Below, one piece after another: positions 7,009-15,775 of a stretch of 17,970 bases of DNA. Position 1 is the stretch's first letter. Each line of letters starts with the position of its first letter. Source of the stretch: a virus; the UHGV virus genome UHGV-0122840, one strand, 5' to 3'. The notes under the pieces are model-generated. The model saw nothing but the letters and a program-made list of their open reading frames with translations, was not told where the DNA came from and made no database searches. The position numbers and the translations under genes are program-made.

Positions 7009-7656
7009 TCATCCAAACGTCTCTTCAGGCCACTGAGCCTTAACTACCTTGCCTATGATGCGGCATGTGTGATCGCAGTCCAGGGTTCTGTATGCCGGAT
7101 TCAATGGAACCAAGTAACTAACCCCTGCATCCTTCTCATACTTCTTGAACGTTGCCTCTGAATCACCATTTGCAGAAGCCACGCAGAAATCCCCAGACTC
7201 TACCGGCTCGGCCGGATCAACGAGTATCAGCATACCCTCAGGAAAACTCGGCCTTACGCCCTGTGGCGCAGTCATAGAATGGCCTTTCACCTCAAGCCAG
7301 AAAGCTTTTTCGCTGGCTTTTGTGGTCGTTGGGACCCATGCCTTTGCATCGCTTGCTGTGTAGCTTCCAACCTCCGAAAACGGCCCGGCCTGCACTGAAG
7401 AAAATAACGGGTACTCATATTGGCGAAATACAGCGTCTGAATCCTCGCCAAACATTATTTTTGCCGGAGATACGCCGAGTGCCGCCCCAAGAACCAGCGC
7501 GTCATCCGCGCTAACCTTTCTTGTTCCTAACTCGTAGTTCCCCAGGCGTGAAGGCGCAGCCCAGCCGCAAAGCTTGGCCAATTGAGCCTGGCTAAGTCCT
7601 TTAGCTTCTCTAAGGGACTTGATCCTTTCCCCGATAATTTCATGCATCGTTTTCAT
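7009..7656 (-). CDS. cI: CI-type prophage repressor: N-terminal HTH_XRE domain plus C-terminal LexA-like S24 autopeptidase domain (215 aa)
   Basis: HTH region [23 protein letters not shown]24 catalytic Ser (GHSM) and Lys (IGKVVK) motifs. Divergent from cro across an operator region. Confidence 0.9.
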   Translation of the reverse strand: MKTMHEIIGERIKSLREAKGLSQAQLAKLCGWAAPSRLGNYELGTRKVSADDALVLGAALGVSPAKIMFGEDSDAVFRQYEYPLFSSVQAGPFSEVGSYTASDAKAWVPTTTKASEKAFWLEVKGHSMTAPQGVRPSFPEGMLILVDPAEPVESGDFCVASANGDSEATFKKYEKDAGVSYLVPLNPAYRTLDCDHTCRIIGKVVKAQWPEETFG

Positions 7657-7705
7657 CCTTTAAATGTAACACGCAACGTGATTGAACTCTGTACACGAAT
7701 TGAGG

Positions 7706-7734
7706 TTGACTGTTAATCACAAATTGTGTGTAAT
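7706..7734 (+). promoter_or_regulatory. PR-like rightward early promoter (TTGACT, 17 nt, TGTAAT) embedded in OR operator palindromes
   Basis: Near-consensus sigma-70 hexamers with a 17-nt spacer about 30 nt upstream of cro. Spacer contains the operator motif AATCACAAATTGTGTG. Confidence 0.6.
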
Positions 7735-7764
7735 GGGTGTGTGATTAATACTAGGGAGACCGCA

Positions 7765-7983
7765 ATGAACAAAATTGCCCAGCAGCGAAAAAAAATCGGA
7801 GTTTCGCAAGCTGTACTGGCTTCGGCAATTGGTTGGGGGCAATCCCGCATCGCCAACTATGAGCTGAATATCCGTACTCCTAGACTTAACGATTGCCGAA
7901 AGATCGTAGAAGGCCTCAGGAAGTTAGGGTGCCAATGTTCTTTGGATGATGTTTTCCCTCCATCCAGTAACAAAGCCGCCTAA
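7765..7983 (+). CDS. cro: Cro-like HTH regulator (72 aa)
   Basis: ATG at 7765 with GGGAGA Shine-Dalgarno; the ORF-track start at 7726 lies inside the promoter. HTH region QRKKIGVSQAVLASAIGWGQSRIANYE. Confidence 0.75.
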   Translation: MNKIAQQRKKIGVSQAVLASAIGWGQSRIANYELNIRTPRLNDCRKIVEGLRKLGCQCSLDDVFPPSSNKAA

Positions 7984-7991
7984 GCAGTACC

Positions 7992-8036
7992 CGCTCTTTG
8001 TAACAACGGACATTCGTCCTACGTCGCTGAAAAGCG
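7992..8036 (+). promoter_or_regulatory. nutR-like site: boxA (CGCTCTTTGTAACAA) and boxB hairpin (CGCUGAAAAGCG)
   Basis: Same boxA consensus and the same UGAAAAG boxB loop as the nutL candidate, located between cro and cII as in lambda. Confidence 0.5.
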
Positions 8037-8122
8037 AGTCCCAAGATATCTGACCAACTAAGGCCATATGCGTTTCCACGCATACCTTTCAACTAACTAT
8101 TCACTATTGGAAATCTTAAGAA

Positions 8123-8419
8123 ATGGAACAAACAAGTTACAGCAAACTATCACAGCGCGACGTTGATCGCGCAGAAACAGATTTACTTATCAACCTGTCA
8201 ACGCTTACCCAGCGCGGTCTGGCAAAGATGATTGGCTGTCATGAATCGAAGATAAGCAGAACGGACTGGAGATTTATTGCTTCGGTCTTGTGTGCTTTCG
8301 GAATGGCATCAGACATCAGTCCGATTAGCAGGGCTTTTAAGTATGCGCTTGATGAAATCACAAAGAAAAAATCCCCGGCTGCCACCGAGGATTTTAAGCA
8401 AATTGATATGCAATTCTGA
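8123..8419 (+). CDS. cII: CII-like transcriptional activator (98 aa)
   Basis: C-terminal [18 protein letters not shown] resembles lambda CII KKRPAATERSEQIQMEF. Position after cro and nutR. Confidence 0.75.
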   Translation: MEQTSYSKLSQRDVDRAETDLLINLSTLTQRGLAKMIGCHESKISRTDWRFIASVLCAFGMASDISPISRAFKYALDEITKKKSPAATEDFKQIDMQF

Positions 8420-8451
8420 GGGAATTACTGGATCAATCCACAGGAGTAATT

Positions 8452-8598
8452 ATGACAAAACAACTCAGTCCTTACCAGGACAAAATTCACAAACGCATAC
8501 TACGTGATCGCTTCCTGTCCAGCTTCAAGCAGCCTGGTCGATTCCGGGCTGAGTTGGAAAAAGTGAAGCTGATGCAGAAGGAGAAAGGTCATGAGTAA
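8452..8598 (+). CDS. Possible small basic protein (48 aa, [21 protein letters not shown]...)
   Basis: AGGAG Shine-Dalgarno 5 nt before ATG; stop overlaps the O start by 8 nt. Below the ORF-track size cutoff. Confidence 0.4.
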   Translation: MTKQLSPYQDKIHKRILRDRFLSSFKQPGRFRAELEKVKLMQKEKGHE

Positions 8599-9439
8599 TC
8601 TTGCAACCGTAACACATTTAAGGCCTTCACAACGTCGTGTGGCAGAAGTTGAAGATGGTTATACCCGTCTTGCAAATGCCCTGTATGAAGAGCTTATCGG
8701 CGCAGATTTAACAAAAAATCAGAGCAAGGTTGCCCACGCCATATGCCGTAAAACATACGGATACGGTAAAAAGATGGATCGCATCTCTGATAGTCAGTTA
8801 GCTCAAATTACCAGGCTGCCAAGACAGAAGGTAAACAAGGCCAAGAATGAGCTTATCGCGATGAAGGTAATCCTTCGCGAAGGCCAGCAAATCGGGCCTA
8901 ACAAGAACATCGAGGAATGGCAAATCGAAGGGTGTCACTACTCTGGTGATAATGTCACTGCATTGGTGACAAAAAGTGTCACCAAAACGGTGACAGCGCT
9001 GTCACCAAAACAGGGACACACAAAAGAAACTATTACAAAAGAAAAAAGAAATAATAAAAACACTATGTCCGAAAGTGTTCGGACGGAGTGTGAAAAATCA
9101 TCTGACCGTCACGAAGAAACCGACAAGGCATTCGAGGAAATATTCTGGTGTGCAGGCATGCGGAAAGCCGGGAAAAAAAACGCAGCTTCGGCATTCAGAA
9201 CACAGTTCAGGGAATGGCGTAAAACTACCAGGGGTACGGCAAGCGAGTTTGCCACGATGCTGGCAGAAGACATCGCATGCAGGAATGGTAAGCAGTTCGG
9301 ATTCGACAGGTTGTTACCATCGAGCTACCTGAACGGTCAACGCTGGAACGACGAGAAGCCAGAAACTATTCAACCGCAACCCAAACCATCATCCGCAATC
9401 ACCGTATCGAAAACTGGCTACGTGTTTTTCGACAGGTGA
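8591..9439 (+). CDS. O: Replication initiator O-like protein (282 aa), lambda O-type N-terminal domain
   Basis: N-terminal similarity to lambda O ([14 protein letters not shown]...[10 protein letters not shown]...[24 protein letters not shown]...GPNKNI). Iterons and an AT-rich tract lie inside the gene, as for ori-lambda. Confidence 0.85.
   Translation: MSNLATVTHLRPSQRRVAEVEDGYTRLANALYEELIGADLTKNQSKVAHAICRKTYGYGKKMDRISDSQLAQITRLPRQKVNKAKNELIAMKVILREGQQIGPNKNIEEWQIEGCHYSGDNVTALVTKSVTKTVTALSPKQGHTKETITKEKRNNKNTMSESVRTECEKSSDRHEETDKAFEEIFWCAGMRKAGKKNAASAFRTQFREWRKTTRGTASEFATMLAEDIACRNGKQFGFDRLLPSSYLNGQRWNDEKPETIQPQPKPSSAITVSKTGYVFFDR
8950..9065. repeat. Putative replication origin inside the O gene: clustered GGTGACA / TGTCACC iterons followed by an A+T-rich tract
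   Basis: Sequence reads TGTCACTGCATTGGTGACAAAAAGTGTCACCAAAACGGTGACAGCGCTGTCACCAAAAC, then ACAAAAGAAACTATTACAAAAGAAAAAAGAAATAATAAAAACAC. Confidence 0.6.
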
Positions 9440-9442
9440 ACC

Positions 9443-9550
9443 ATGAGATCCAGAATCAAATCGTTACTTATCGCTGGCTATAACCATGGCTGGCTTAGTT
9501 CTGCATTCGTTGAGTTCTGGTTTAACCGTCTCGATCTGAGGTCAGCGTAA
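9443..9550 (+). CDS. Possible 35-aa coupling ORF between O and the primase-helicase
   Basis: AGGTGA Shine-Dalgarno before ATG; stop overlaps the helicase ATG (TAATG). Speculative. Confidence 0.3.
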   Translation: MRSRIKSLLIAGYNHGWLSSAFVEFWFNRLDLRSA

Positions 9551-11430
9551 TGACTCCAAGTGAACTGAGCGACCTGCTTTGGGCGCAGGTTGACAGGGTG
9601 GCTCCGCACCTGTTGCCAAACGGCAAGAAAGAGGGGCATGAGTGGGTTGCCGGTAACGTCAACGGTGACAAGGGAAACAGCCTTAAGGTCAACCTTAGCG
9701 GCAAGAAAAAATGGGCTGATTTCGCTGAGGGAGACGGCGGTGACATGCTTGATTTGTGGATGGCATGTCGTGGAATTAACCTGCATCAGGCTATGCAGGA
9801 AGCGAAAGCATTTCTCGGTATCAAGGATGACGATCACCATTTCGATGCCAAACGTGAGAAAAAATTCTCCAGACCTGATCGCAAGAAAATCGCCCGCTAC
9901 GTTACCAGAACAGAATCCCATCTTGAGTACCTGCAATCGCGTGGCATATCGCCAGAAATCGTAAAGCGCTACGAGGTTGTCAGCGGCAAGGTGTGGAATG
10001 GAGAGCGGGAACTGGATGCTCTGGTGATTCCGTACAAACGCGATGGTGAGTTGTTGCAGGTCAAGCGAATCAGCACTGAGCGCCCGGACGGGAAGAAAGT
10101 CATTATGGCAGAAGGTGATTGCGAACCTTGCCTGTTCGGATGGCAGGCTCTGGACGCTGGCGTGAGGGCGGTTGTACTTTGCGAAGGCGAAATTGATTGT
10201 ATGAGCTATGCGCAATACGGCATCTCGGCGTTATCCGTGCCGTTTGGTGGCGGGAAAGGCGCTAAGCAACAGTGGATTGAGTTTGAGTATCACAACCTCG
10301 ACAGGTTTGAGGAAATATTCATCTCGATGGACGTTGATGATGTTGGTCGTGAAGCCGCAAGGGAAATCGCAAGCCGACTCGGTGAACATCGTTGCCGTCT
10401 TGTTACTCTGCCGTACAAAGACATCAATGAATGCCTGATGAACAGTGTTACCGAGGATGAAATCTGGCAGTACATCGGCACGGCATCCTACTTCGACCCT
10501 GAAGAACTCTACAGCGCGCGCGAGTTTTACCAGGACACTATCAACGCTTTCTACGGCAAGCAGCAGTATCTGTTTAATCCACCGTGGGAATCTCTGGCAG
10601 ATAAATTCCAGTTCCGTGAGGCAGAGTTGACGCTGGTCAATGGTGTGAACGGTCACGGAAAAACGGAGGTTGTCGGGCATATGGCACTTGAGGCAATGCG
10701 TCAGGGTGTGAAGACGTGCATCGCGTCACTTGAGCTGAAGCCTGGTATTCTCCTTAAGCGCCTTACCCGTCAGGCGACGTGCTGCAAGATGCCGCCAGTG
10801 CTGGAAATTGACTCTGCATTTAAATTTTATGACGAAAGACTTTGGGTGTTTGGCCTGACCGGAACGGCGAAAGCCGACAGGCTGATCGAAATATTCGACT
10901 ACGCTCGCCGCCGATACGGGATCCAGTTATTCATCATCGACAGCCTGATGAAATGTGGCATAGGCGACGATGACTATAACGGGCAGAAGGCGTTTGTTGA
11001 CTCGATTTGCGACTTCAAAAACAAAACAAACTCCCACGTCATTCTCGTTACTCACTCGCGAAAAGGAGACAGCGAAGAAAAACCAACCGGGAAAATGGAC
11101 GTAAAAGGCTCTGGAGCGATAACAGACCTGACAGACAACCTTTTCATCATCTGGCGTAACAAGGCTCGCGAGAGAGCGTTACAGAGAGTTCAGAGTGGTG
11201 AAAAGATGTCAGAGAAGGACGAACAGCTACTGGCATCTCCGGCATCTGTTTTGATGCTTGAAAAACAACGTAACGGCGAAGGTTGGGAAGGTGGTGTCCC
11301 GTTGTTCCTTGACGAGCAATCGCACCAGTTCCTGCAACTTGAATCAGGATCGCCATATAGCTACATCGCCAATATGCCGAAATCGGAATATGACGAGGCG
11401 TGGCGACAGGAAAACGTGACGGAGTATTAA
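9550..11430 (+). CDS. Bifunctional DNA primase / replicative helicase (626 aa): central TOPRIM-like region, C-terminal DnaB/RecA-type P-loop NTPase
   Basis: Walker A VNGVNGHGKTE and Walker B LFIIDSLMK in the C-terminal half; TOPRIM-like acidic motif (VVLCEGEIDCMSYAQYG) upstream. Occupies the lambda P position. Confidence 0.85.
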   Translation: MTPSELSDLLWAQVDRVAPHLLPNGKKEGHEWVAGNVNGDKGNSLKVNLSGKKKWADFAEGDGGDMLDLWMACRGINLHQAMQEAKAFLGIKDDDHHFDAKREKKFSRPDRKKIARYVTRTESHLEYLQSRGISPEIVKRYEVVSGKVWNGERELDALVIPYKRDGELLQVKRISTERPDGKKVIMAEGDCEPCLFGWQALDAGVRAVVLCEGEIDCMSYAQYGISALSVPFGGGKGAKQQWIEFEYHNLDRFEEIFISMDVDDVGREAAREIASRLGEHRCRLVTLPYKDINECLMNSVTEDEIWQYIGTASYFDPEELYSAREFYQDTINAFYGKQQYLFNPPWESLADKFQFREAELTLVNGVNGHGKTEVVGHMALEAMRQGVKTCIASLELKPGILLKRLTRQATCCKMPPVLEIDSAFKFYDERLWVFGLTGTAKADRLIEIFDYARRRYGIQLFIIDSLMKCGIGDDDYNGQKAFVDSICDFKNKTNSHVILVTHSRKGDSEEKPTGKMDVKGSGAITDLTDNLFIIWRNKARERALQRVQSGEKMSEKDEQLLASPASVLMLEKQRNGEGWEGGVPLFLDEQSHQFLQLESGSPYSYIANMPKSEYDEAWRQENVTEY

Positions 11431-11512
11431 ATGACCATCTACATCACTGAGCTAATAGCAGGGTTATCGTTACTAATGGTTCTTACTGTATATATTATTA
11501 AGTATATTCTTT

Positions 11513-12124
11513 ATGCGAATAAAAAAACCAATTGATCACGATGAGCTTCTGTCAACATTATCATATGACTCAGAAACAGGAATATTTAAATGGCTAAAAA
11601 CAAATTCAGTAGTAAGAGTAAAAGGTAGTATTGCTGGAGGTGTTAGTGGTGGTTATATATGCATTAGCATAAATAATGTTTTGTATTATGCGCATAGGCT
11701 TGCTTGGTTCTATGTATACAAAAAATGGCCTCCTAAGTTTATTGATCATGTAAATGGGAACAGACTTGACAATAGGATTTCAAATCTAAGACTGGCAACA
11801 GAGGAGCAGAATGCAAGAAACATTGTAGGGAATAGGTTAAACACATCCGGTGCGATTGGAGTGTCTTGGGATAAGACAACTGGCAGGTGGAAGTCTTATG
11901 TTGGTTATAAAAATAAGACAATATCGTTAGGGTATTTCGATAGCAAAGAAGATGCAGCATTCATAGCAGCACTAGCAAGAAAGAAACTATATGGAACTTA
12001 TGCGAGTAAAGCACTTAATTGCGAGCATGAGCTTTTATCTCAATTTAATAATGATGAGGATAAACTTGCGGAATATCTTAAGGAAAAATCTAAAAGGACT
12101 CGAAAGCGTGTTAAAAAAAGATAA
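11513..12124 (+). CDS. HNH homing endonuclease with AP2-type DNA-binding domain (203 aa)
   Basis: HNH motif region HRLAWFYVY...FIDHVNGNRLDNRISNLRLATEEQNARN, then AP2-like GVSWDKTTGRWKSYVGYKNKTISLGYFDSKEDAA. Free-standing between the replication and nin modules. Confidence 0.8.
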   Translation: MRIKKPIDHDELLSTLSYDSETGIFKWLKTNSVVRVKGSIAGGVSGGYICISINNVLYYAHRLAWFYVYKKWPPKFIDHVNGNRLDNRISNLRLATEEQNARNIVGNRLNTSGAIGVSWDKTTGRWKSYVGYKNKTISLGYFDSKEDAAFIAALARKKLYGTYASKALNCEHELLSQFNNDEDKLAEYLKEKSKRTRKRVKKR

Positions 12125-12156
12125 AGGCCTGCTGGTAATCGCAGGCCTTTTTATTT
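12125..12156 (+). terminator. Intrinsic terminator after the first HNH gene (AGGCCTGC ... GCAGGCCT then T-run)
   Basis: Perfect 8-bp stem, 8-nt loop, then TTTTTATTT directly after the stop codon. Confidence 0.65.
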
Positions 12157-12171
12157 GGGGGAGGGTAAATT

Positions 12172-12378
12172 GTGGCTGAGTTAATTTTCTCTGCATTGAG
12201 GATTCTCGGTGCTATGTGGATGGTGGCGACGTTCATTGTTGTTGCCAGCAGTTTTGTCCGGTTGGTAGGCGAAGGTAAAGACCTGGTGGGTGTGCTTTTC
12301 GGTAGCATTTTCCTGTGGGTGATTATCGGTGTTATGCCTGTCGCTGTAGCAAAAATGGCGTGGCGTTTTGTGAGTTGA
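12172..12378 (+). CDS. Small membrane protein (68 aa, two predicted transmembrane helices)
   Basis: GTG start preceded by GGGGGAGGG Shine-Dalgarno. Hydrophobic helices AMWMVATFIVVASSF and VLFGSIFLWVIIGVMPVAVA. Confidence 0.5.
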   Translation: MAELIFSALRILGAMWMVATFIVVASSFVRLVGEGKDLVGVLFGSIFLWVIIGVMPVAVAKMAWRFVS

Positions 12379-12395
12379 ACTGAGGGTAAGTATCG

Positions 12396-12674
12396 ATGGA
12401 CGAATCAAGAAAGCAGTTTGAAGAATGGTGGTCAAAAGACAAAAGCCAGTTTACAGAAGACGATGAATTAAAAGAGTTTGCCTGGGTGATATGGCAGGCA
12501 TCACGAGCAGCTATTGAACTGGATATCGACTGGCCCGAATCGAATGACGACTTTTGGAAAGATGGTGAAGAAGGTGCTTATGCGATGGGTTATGAGGATG
12601 GGCGTGACAAAACGGTAATTGCAGTAATGAAAGCCATCAGGGCCGCAGGAATCAAAGAAAAGAATTTCGATTAA
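12396..12674 (+). CDS. Hypothetical acidic protein (92 aa)
   Basis: ORF track; co-oriented in the nin region; no recognisable domain. Confidence 0.55.
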   Translation: MDESRKQFEEWWSKDKSQFTEDDELKEFAWVIWQASRAAIELDIDWPESNDDFWKDGEEGAYAMGYEDGRDKTVIAVMKAIRAAGIKEKNFD

Positions 12675-12806
12675 GCAAATATCACTTCAATAAATCGCTT
12701 TTAAGGTATCACAATCGCTCTGTAGTGAGGTAAACGCGTGCAAGGTACGCCAATAAGCAGCGAGAATGAAAAATGCGTCAGAATGCGTTTGAGGAGGTTT
12801 TAAGAA

Positions 12807-13034
12807 ATGAGTACGATAGCTGAGCTTGTCCGCGCCGACTTTCAGGAGAACATTGGCCGTGCAAAGCGGTACTGGTCTGCTTCCAGACTTCCTACTGACG
12901 AGAGACAGAAAAGCGCCCCTAAGCCACGGAGCTATCCGCGTGACCGTGTTCTTCGTCGGTTGGTTAAAATCGATAATGATTTTCAGTGTGACAGAATTAT
13001 CCAGCAATTAGATTTGATGACTGATGATGAATGA
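12807..13034 (+). CDS. Hypothetical protein (75 aa)
   Basis: Strong GAGGAGG Shine-Dalgarno 8 nt upstream of ATG; ends overlapping the ninB start. Confidence 0.5.
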   Translation: MSTIAELVRADFQENIGRAKRYWSASRLPTDERQKSAPKPRSYPRDRVLRRLVKIDNDFQCDRIIQQLDLMTDDE

Positions 13035-13449
13035 TTTCATTCTGCACGAAACCAATAAATCACAATTCTGGTTAGTTCTGAAACAAATCCTTTCTACCGG
13101 CAAGCGCTGGCGAATCAAAATATCTGAGTACCGTGAGAAGCGTACATTGTCACAAAACAATCTGATGTGGGTGTGGAATGCAGAAATAGCCGCGCAATTA
13201 TCCGCTGTTTCTGGTGAAAGTTTTACACCGGAAGAGGTTCATGAGTGGCTGAAAGATATATATTGTCCGGCAAAAAGGGTGACGATTTTTAATATTACAC
13301 GATGCGTTAAATCAACACGGCAGCTTGATATTGGAGATATGCACAAGTATCTGACCGATATTGACCAGTGGGCGCATCAGAAGGGATTACGACTAACTAT
13401 TCCTGATAATTGCGAGTACCGGGATCTAAAGGAGAGGCAAGTAGAGTGA
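13024..13449 (+). CDS. ninB: NinB-family recombination protein (141 aa)
   Basis: Family-level resemblance (R..LSQNNLMW motif region) and first position in the nin block; recalled from memory. Confidence 0.65.
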   Translation: MMNDFILHETNKSQFWLVLKQILSTGKRWRIKISEYREKRTLSQNNLMWVWNAEIAAQLSAVSGESFTPEEVHEWLKDIYCPAKRVTIFNITRCVKSTRQLDIGDMHKYLTDIDQWAHQKGLRLTIPDNCEYRDLKERQVE

Positions 13450-13973
13450 CAATTAAATCAAATACGCCAGCACACGACAAGGACTGCTGGCAAACGCCGC
13501 TTTGGCTTTTTGATGCACTGGATATTGAGTTTGGATTCTGGCTGGATTCGGCAGCGAGCGACAAAAATGCTCTGTGTGCTCACTGGCTAACTGAGGCCGA
13601 CGACGCGCTCAATTCTGAGTGGATAAGCCACGGTGCAATCTGGAATAACCCACCGTACAGCAATATCAGGCCGTGGGTGGAAAAAGCCGCTGAGCAGTGC
13701 ATACAACAGCGACAGACGGTAGTTATGCTTGTGCCAGAGGATATGTCAGTCGGATGGTTCAGCAAGGCTCTGGAGAGTGTCGACGAAGTTCGCATTATCA
13801 CTGATGGACGGATTAATTTTATCGAACCATCGACAGGGCTGGAGAAGAAGGGAAACAGCAAAGGCTCAATGCTGCTGATTTGGCGACCGTTCATCAGTCA
13901 TCGACGGATGTTTACTACCGTATCCAAAGCGGCATTGATGGCGATCGGGCAGGGCGTCAGGAGGGCGGCATGA
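13446..13973 (+). CDS. Phage N6-adenine DNA methyltransferase (Dam-like), about 175 aa
   Basis: Catalytic NPPY motif (IWNNPPYSN) and N-terminal [15 protein letters not shown] box typical of phage Dam-type enzymes. GTG start at 13446 overlaps the ninB stop (GTGA); the ATG at 13410 is an alternative start. Confidence 0.8.
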   Translation: MTIKSNTPAHDKDCWQTPLWLFDALDIEFGFWLDSAASDKNALCAHWLTEADDALNSEWISHGAIWNNPPYSNIRPWVEKAAEQCIQQRQTVVMLVPEDMSVGWFSKALESVDEVRIITDGRINFIEPSTGLEKKGNSKGSMLLIWRPFISHRRMFTTVSKAALMAIGQGVRRAA

Positions 13974-14152
13974 GACGACAGCGACGAAGTATCACCGACA
14001 TCATCTGCGAAAACTGCAAATCCCTTCCAACGAAACGCTCCAGAAATAAACGCAAGCCAATCCCAAAAGAATCTGATGTAAAAACCTTCAACTACACGGC
14101 TCACCTGTGGGATATCCGGTGGCTTAGAGAACGTGCGAGGAAAACAAGGTGA
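13970..14152 (+). CDS. ninE: NinE (60 aa)
   Basis: Translation [52 protein letters not shown]... matches recalled lambda NinE. AGGAGG Shine-Dalgarno; ATGA overlap with the methyltransferase stop. Confidence 0.7.
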   Translation: MRRQRRSITDIICENCKSLPTKRSRNKRKPIPKESDVKTFNYTAHLWDIRWLRERARKTR

Positions 14153-14319
14153 TTGACCAAAATCGAAGTTACGAACAAGAAAGCGTCGAGCGAGCTTTAA
14201 CGTGCGCTAACTGCGGTCAGAAGCTGCATGTGCTGGAAGTTCACGTGTGTGAGCTCTGCTGTGCAGAACTGATGAGCGATCCGAATAGCTCAATGTACGA
14301 GGAAGAAGACGATGGCTAA
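14149..14319 (+). CDS. ninF: NinF (56 aa, zinc-finger-like CxxC...CxxC)
   Basis: Translation ...[46 protein letters not shown] matches recalled lambda NinF. GTG start overlaps the ninE stop. Not in the ORF track because it is under 60 aa. Confidence 0.65.
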   Translation: MIDQNRSYEQESVERALTCANCGQKLHVLEVHVCELCCAELMSDPNSSMYEEEDDG

Positions 14320-14923
14320 ACCAGCGCGAAGACGATGTAAAAACGATGAATGTCGGGAATGGTTTCACCCTGCATTCGCCAATCAGTGGTGGTGCTCTCC
14401 AGAGTGTGGAACCAAGATAGCACTCGAACGACGAAGCAAAGAACGCGAAAAAGCGGAAAAGGAAGTAGAGAAGAAACGACGACGAGAGGAGCAGAAACAG
14501 AAAGATAAACTTAAGATTCGAAAACTCGCCTTAAAGCCCCGCAGTTACTGGATTAAACAAGCCCAACAAGCCGTAAACGCCTTCATCAGAGAAAGAGACC
14601 GCGACTTACCATGTATCTCGTGCGGAACGCTCACGTCTGCTCAGTGGGATGCCGGGCATTACCGGACAACTGCTGCGGCACCTCAACTCCGATTTGATGA
14701 ACGCAATATTCACAAGCAATGCGTGGTGTGCAACCAGCATAAAAGCGGAAATCTCGTTCCGTATCGCGTCGAACTGATTAACCGGATCGGGCAGGAAGCA
14801 GTAGACGAAATCGAATCAAACCATAACCGCCATCGCTGGACTGTCGAAGAGTGCAAGGCGATCAAGGCAGAGTGCCAACAGAAACTCAAAGACCTGCGAA
14901 ATAGCAGAAGTGAGGCCGCATGA
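14312..14923 (+). CDS. ninG: NinG / Rap recombination-associated endonuclease (203 aa)
   Basis: Near-identical over its full length to recalled lambda NinG (MAKPARR...[34 protein letters not shown]...). Confidence 0.9.
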   Translation: MAKPARRRCKNDECREWFHPAFANQWWCSPECGTKIALERRSKEREKAEKEVEKKRRREEQKQKDKLKIRKLALKPRSYWIKQAQQAVNAFIRERDRDLPCISCGTLTSAQWDAGHYRTTAAAPQLRFDERNIHKQCVVCNQHKSGNLVPYRVELINRIGQEAVDEIESNHNRHRWTVEECKAIKAECQQKLKDLRNSRSEAA

Positions 14924-15126
14924 CGTTCTCAGTAAAAACCATTCCAGACATGCTCGTTGAAGCATACGGAAACCAGACAGAAGTAGCACGCAGACTGAAA
15001 TGTAGTCGCGGTACGGTCAGAAAATACGTTGATGATAAAGACGGGAAAATGCACGCCATCGTCAACGACGTTCTCATGGTTCATCGCGGATGGAGTGAAA
15101 GAGATGCGCTATTACGAAAGAATTGA
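14920..15126 (+). CDS. ninH: NinH (68 aa)
   Basis: Size and sequence ([37 protein letters not shown]...) match recalled lambda NinH; ATGA overlap with ninG. Confidence 0.8.
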   Translation: MTFSVKTIPDMLVEAYGNQTEVARRLKCSRGTVRKYVDDKDGKMHAIVNDVLMVHRGWSERDALLRKN

Positions 15127-15775
15127 TGGCAGCAAATACCGAAATATTTGGGTAGTTGGCGATCTGCACGGATGCTACACGAACCTGATGAAAAAACTGG
15201 AGACGATAGGATTCGACACCAAAAAAGACCTGCTTATCTCGGTTGGCGATTTGGTCGATCGCGGTACAGAGAACGTCGAATGCCTGGAATTAATCACATT
15301 CCCCTGGTTCAGAGCTGTACGTGGAAACCATGAGCAAATGATGATTGATGGCTTATCAGAGCGCGGAAACGTCAATCACTGGATGCTTAATGGCGGTGGC
15401 TGGTTCTTTAATCTCGATTACGACAAAGAAATTCTGGCTAAAGCTCTTGCCCATAAAGCAGATGAACTTCCGTTAATCATCGAACTGGTGAGCAAAGATA
15501 AAAAATATGTCATCTGCCACGCCGATTATCCTTGTGACGAATACGAGTTTGGAAAGCCAGTTGATCATCAGCAGGTAATCTGGAACCGAGAACGAATCAG
15601 CAACTCACAAGACGGGATCGTGAAAGAAATTAAAGGCGCGGACACGTTCATCTTTGGTCATACGCCAGCAGTGAAACCGCTCAAATTTGCCAACCAGATG
15701 TATATCGATACCGGCGCAGTGTTCTGCGGAAAGCTCACATTGATTCAGGTACAGGGAGAAGGCGCGTGGGCATAA
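15103..15775 (+). CDS. ninI: NinI serine/threonine protein phosphatase (lambda PPase family), 224 aa
   Basis: Metallophosphatase motifs GDLHGCY, GDLVDRG, GNHE. Start at [12 protein letters not shown] with GGAG Shine-Dalgarno 7 nt upstream; the ORF-track start at 15029 lies inside ninH. Confidence 0.85.

Noticed and set aside
7657-7705. Precise PRM promoter for cI
   Set aside because: The cI ATG has essentially no leader, suggesting a leaderless PRM transcript as in lambda, but I could not identify convincing -10/-35 hexamers on the minus strand, so only the general OR region is described.
8950-9020. Possible CRISPR-like repeat array
   Set aside because: The repeats are short GGTGACA/TGTCACC inverted and direct repeats inside the O coding sequence, followed by an A+T-rich tract. 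That is the signature of an iteron replication origin, not repeat-spacer units.
9478-10215. 245-aa minus-strand ORF inside the primase-helicase gene
   Set aside because: Fully embedded antisense in a gene with clear Walker and TOPRIM-like motifs; no Shine-Dalgarno; composition typical of a shadow ORF.
11431-11535. 34-aa hydrophobic ORF (MTIYITELIAGLSLLMVLTVYIIKYILYANKKTN) between the helicase and the HNH gene
   Set aside because: It has a GGAGT Shine-Dalgarno but overlaps the start of the HNH gene in another frame and sits in very AT-rich sequence where short hydrophobic ORFs arise by chance.
13580-13894. 104-aa minus-strand ORF inside the methyltransferase gene
   Set aside because: Antisense shadow ORF within a gene carrying the catalytic NPPY motif; no independent support.
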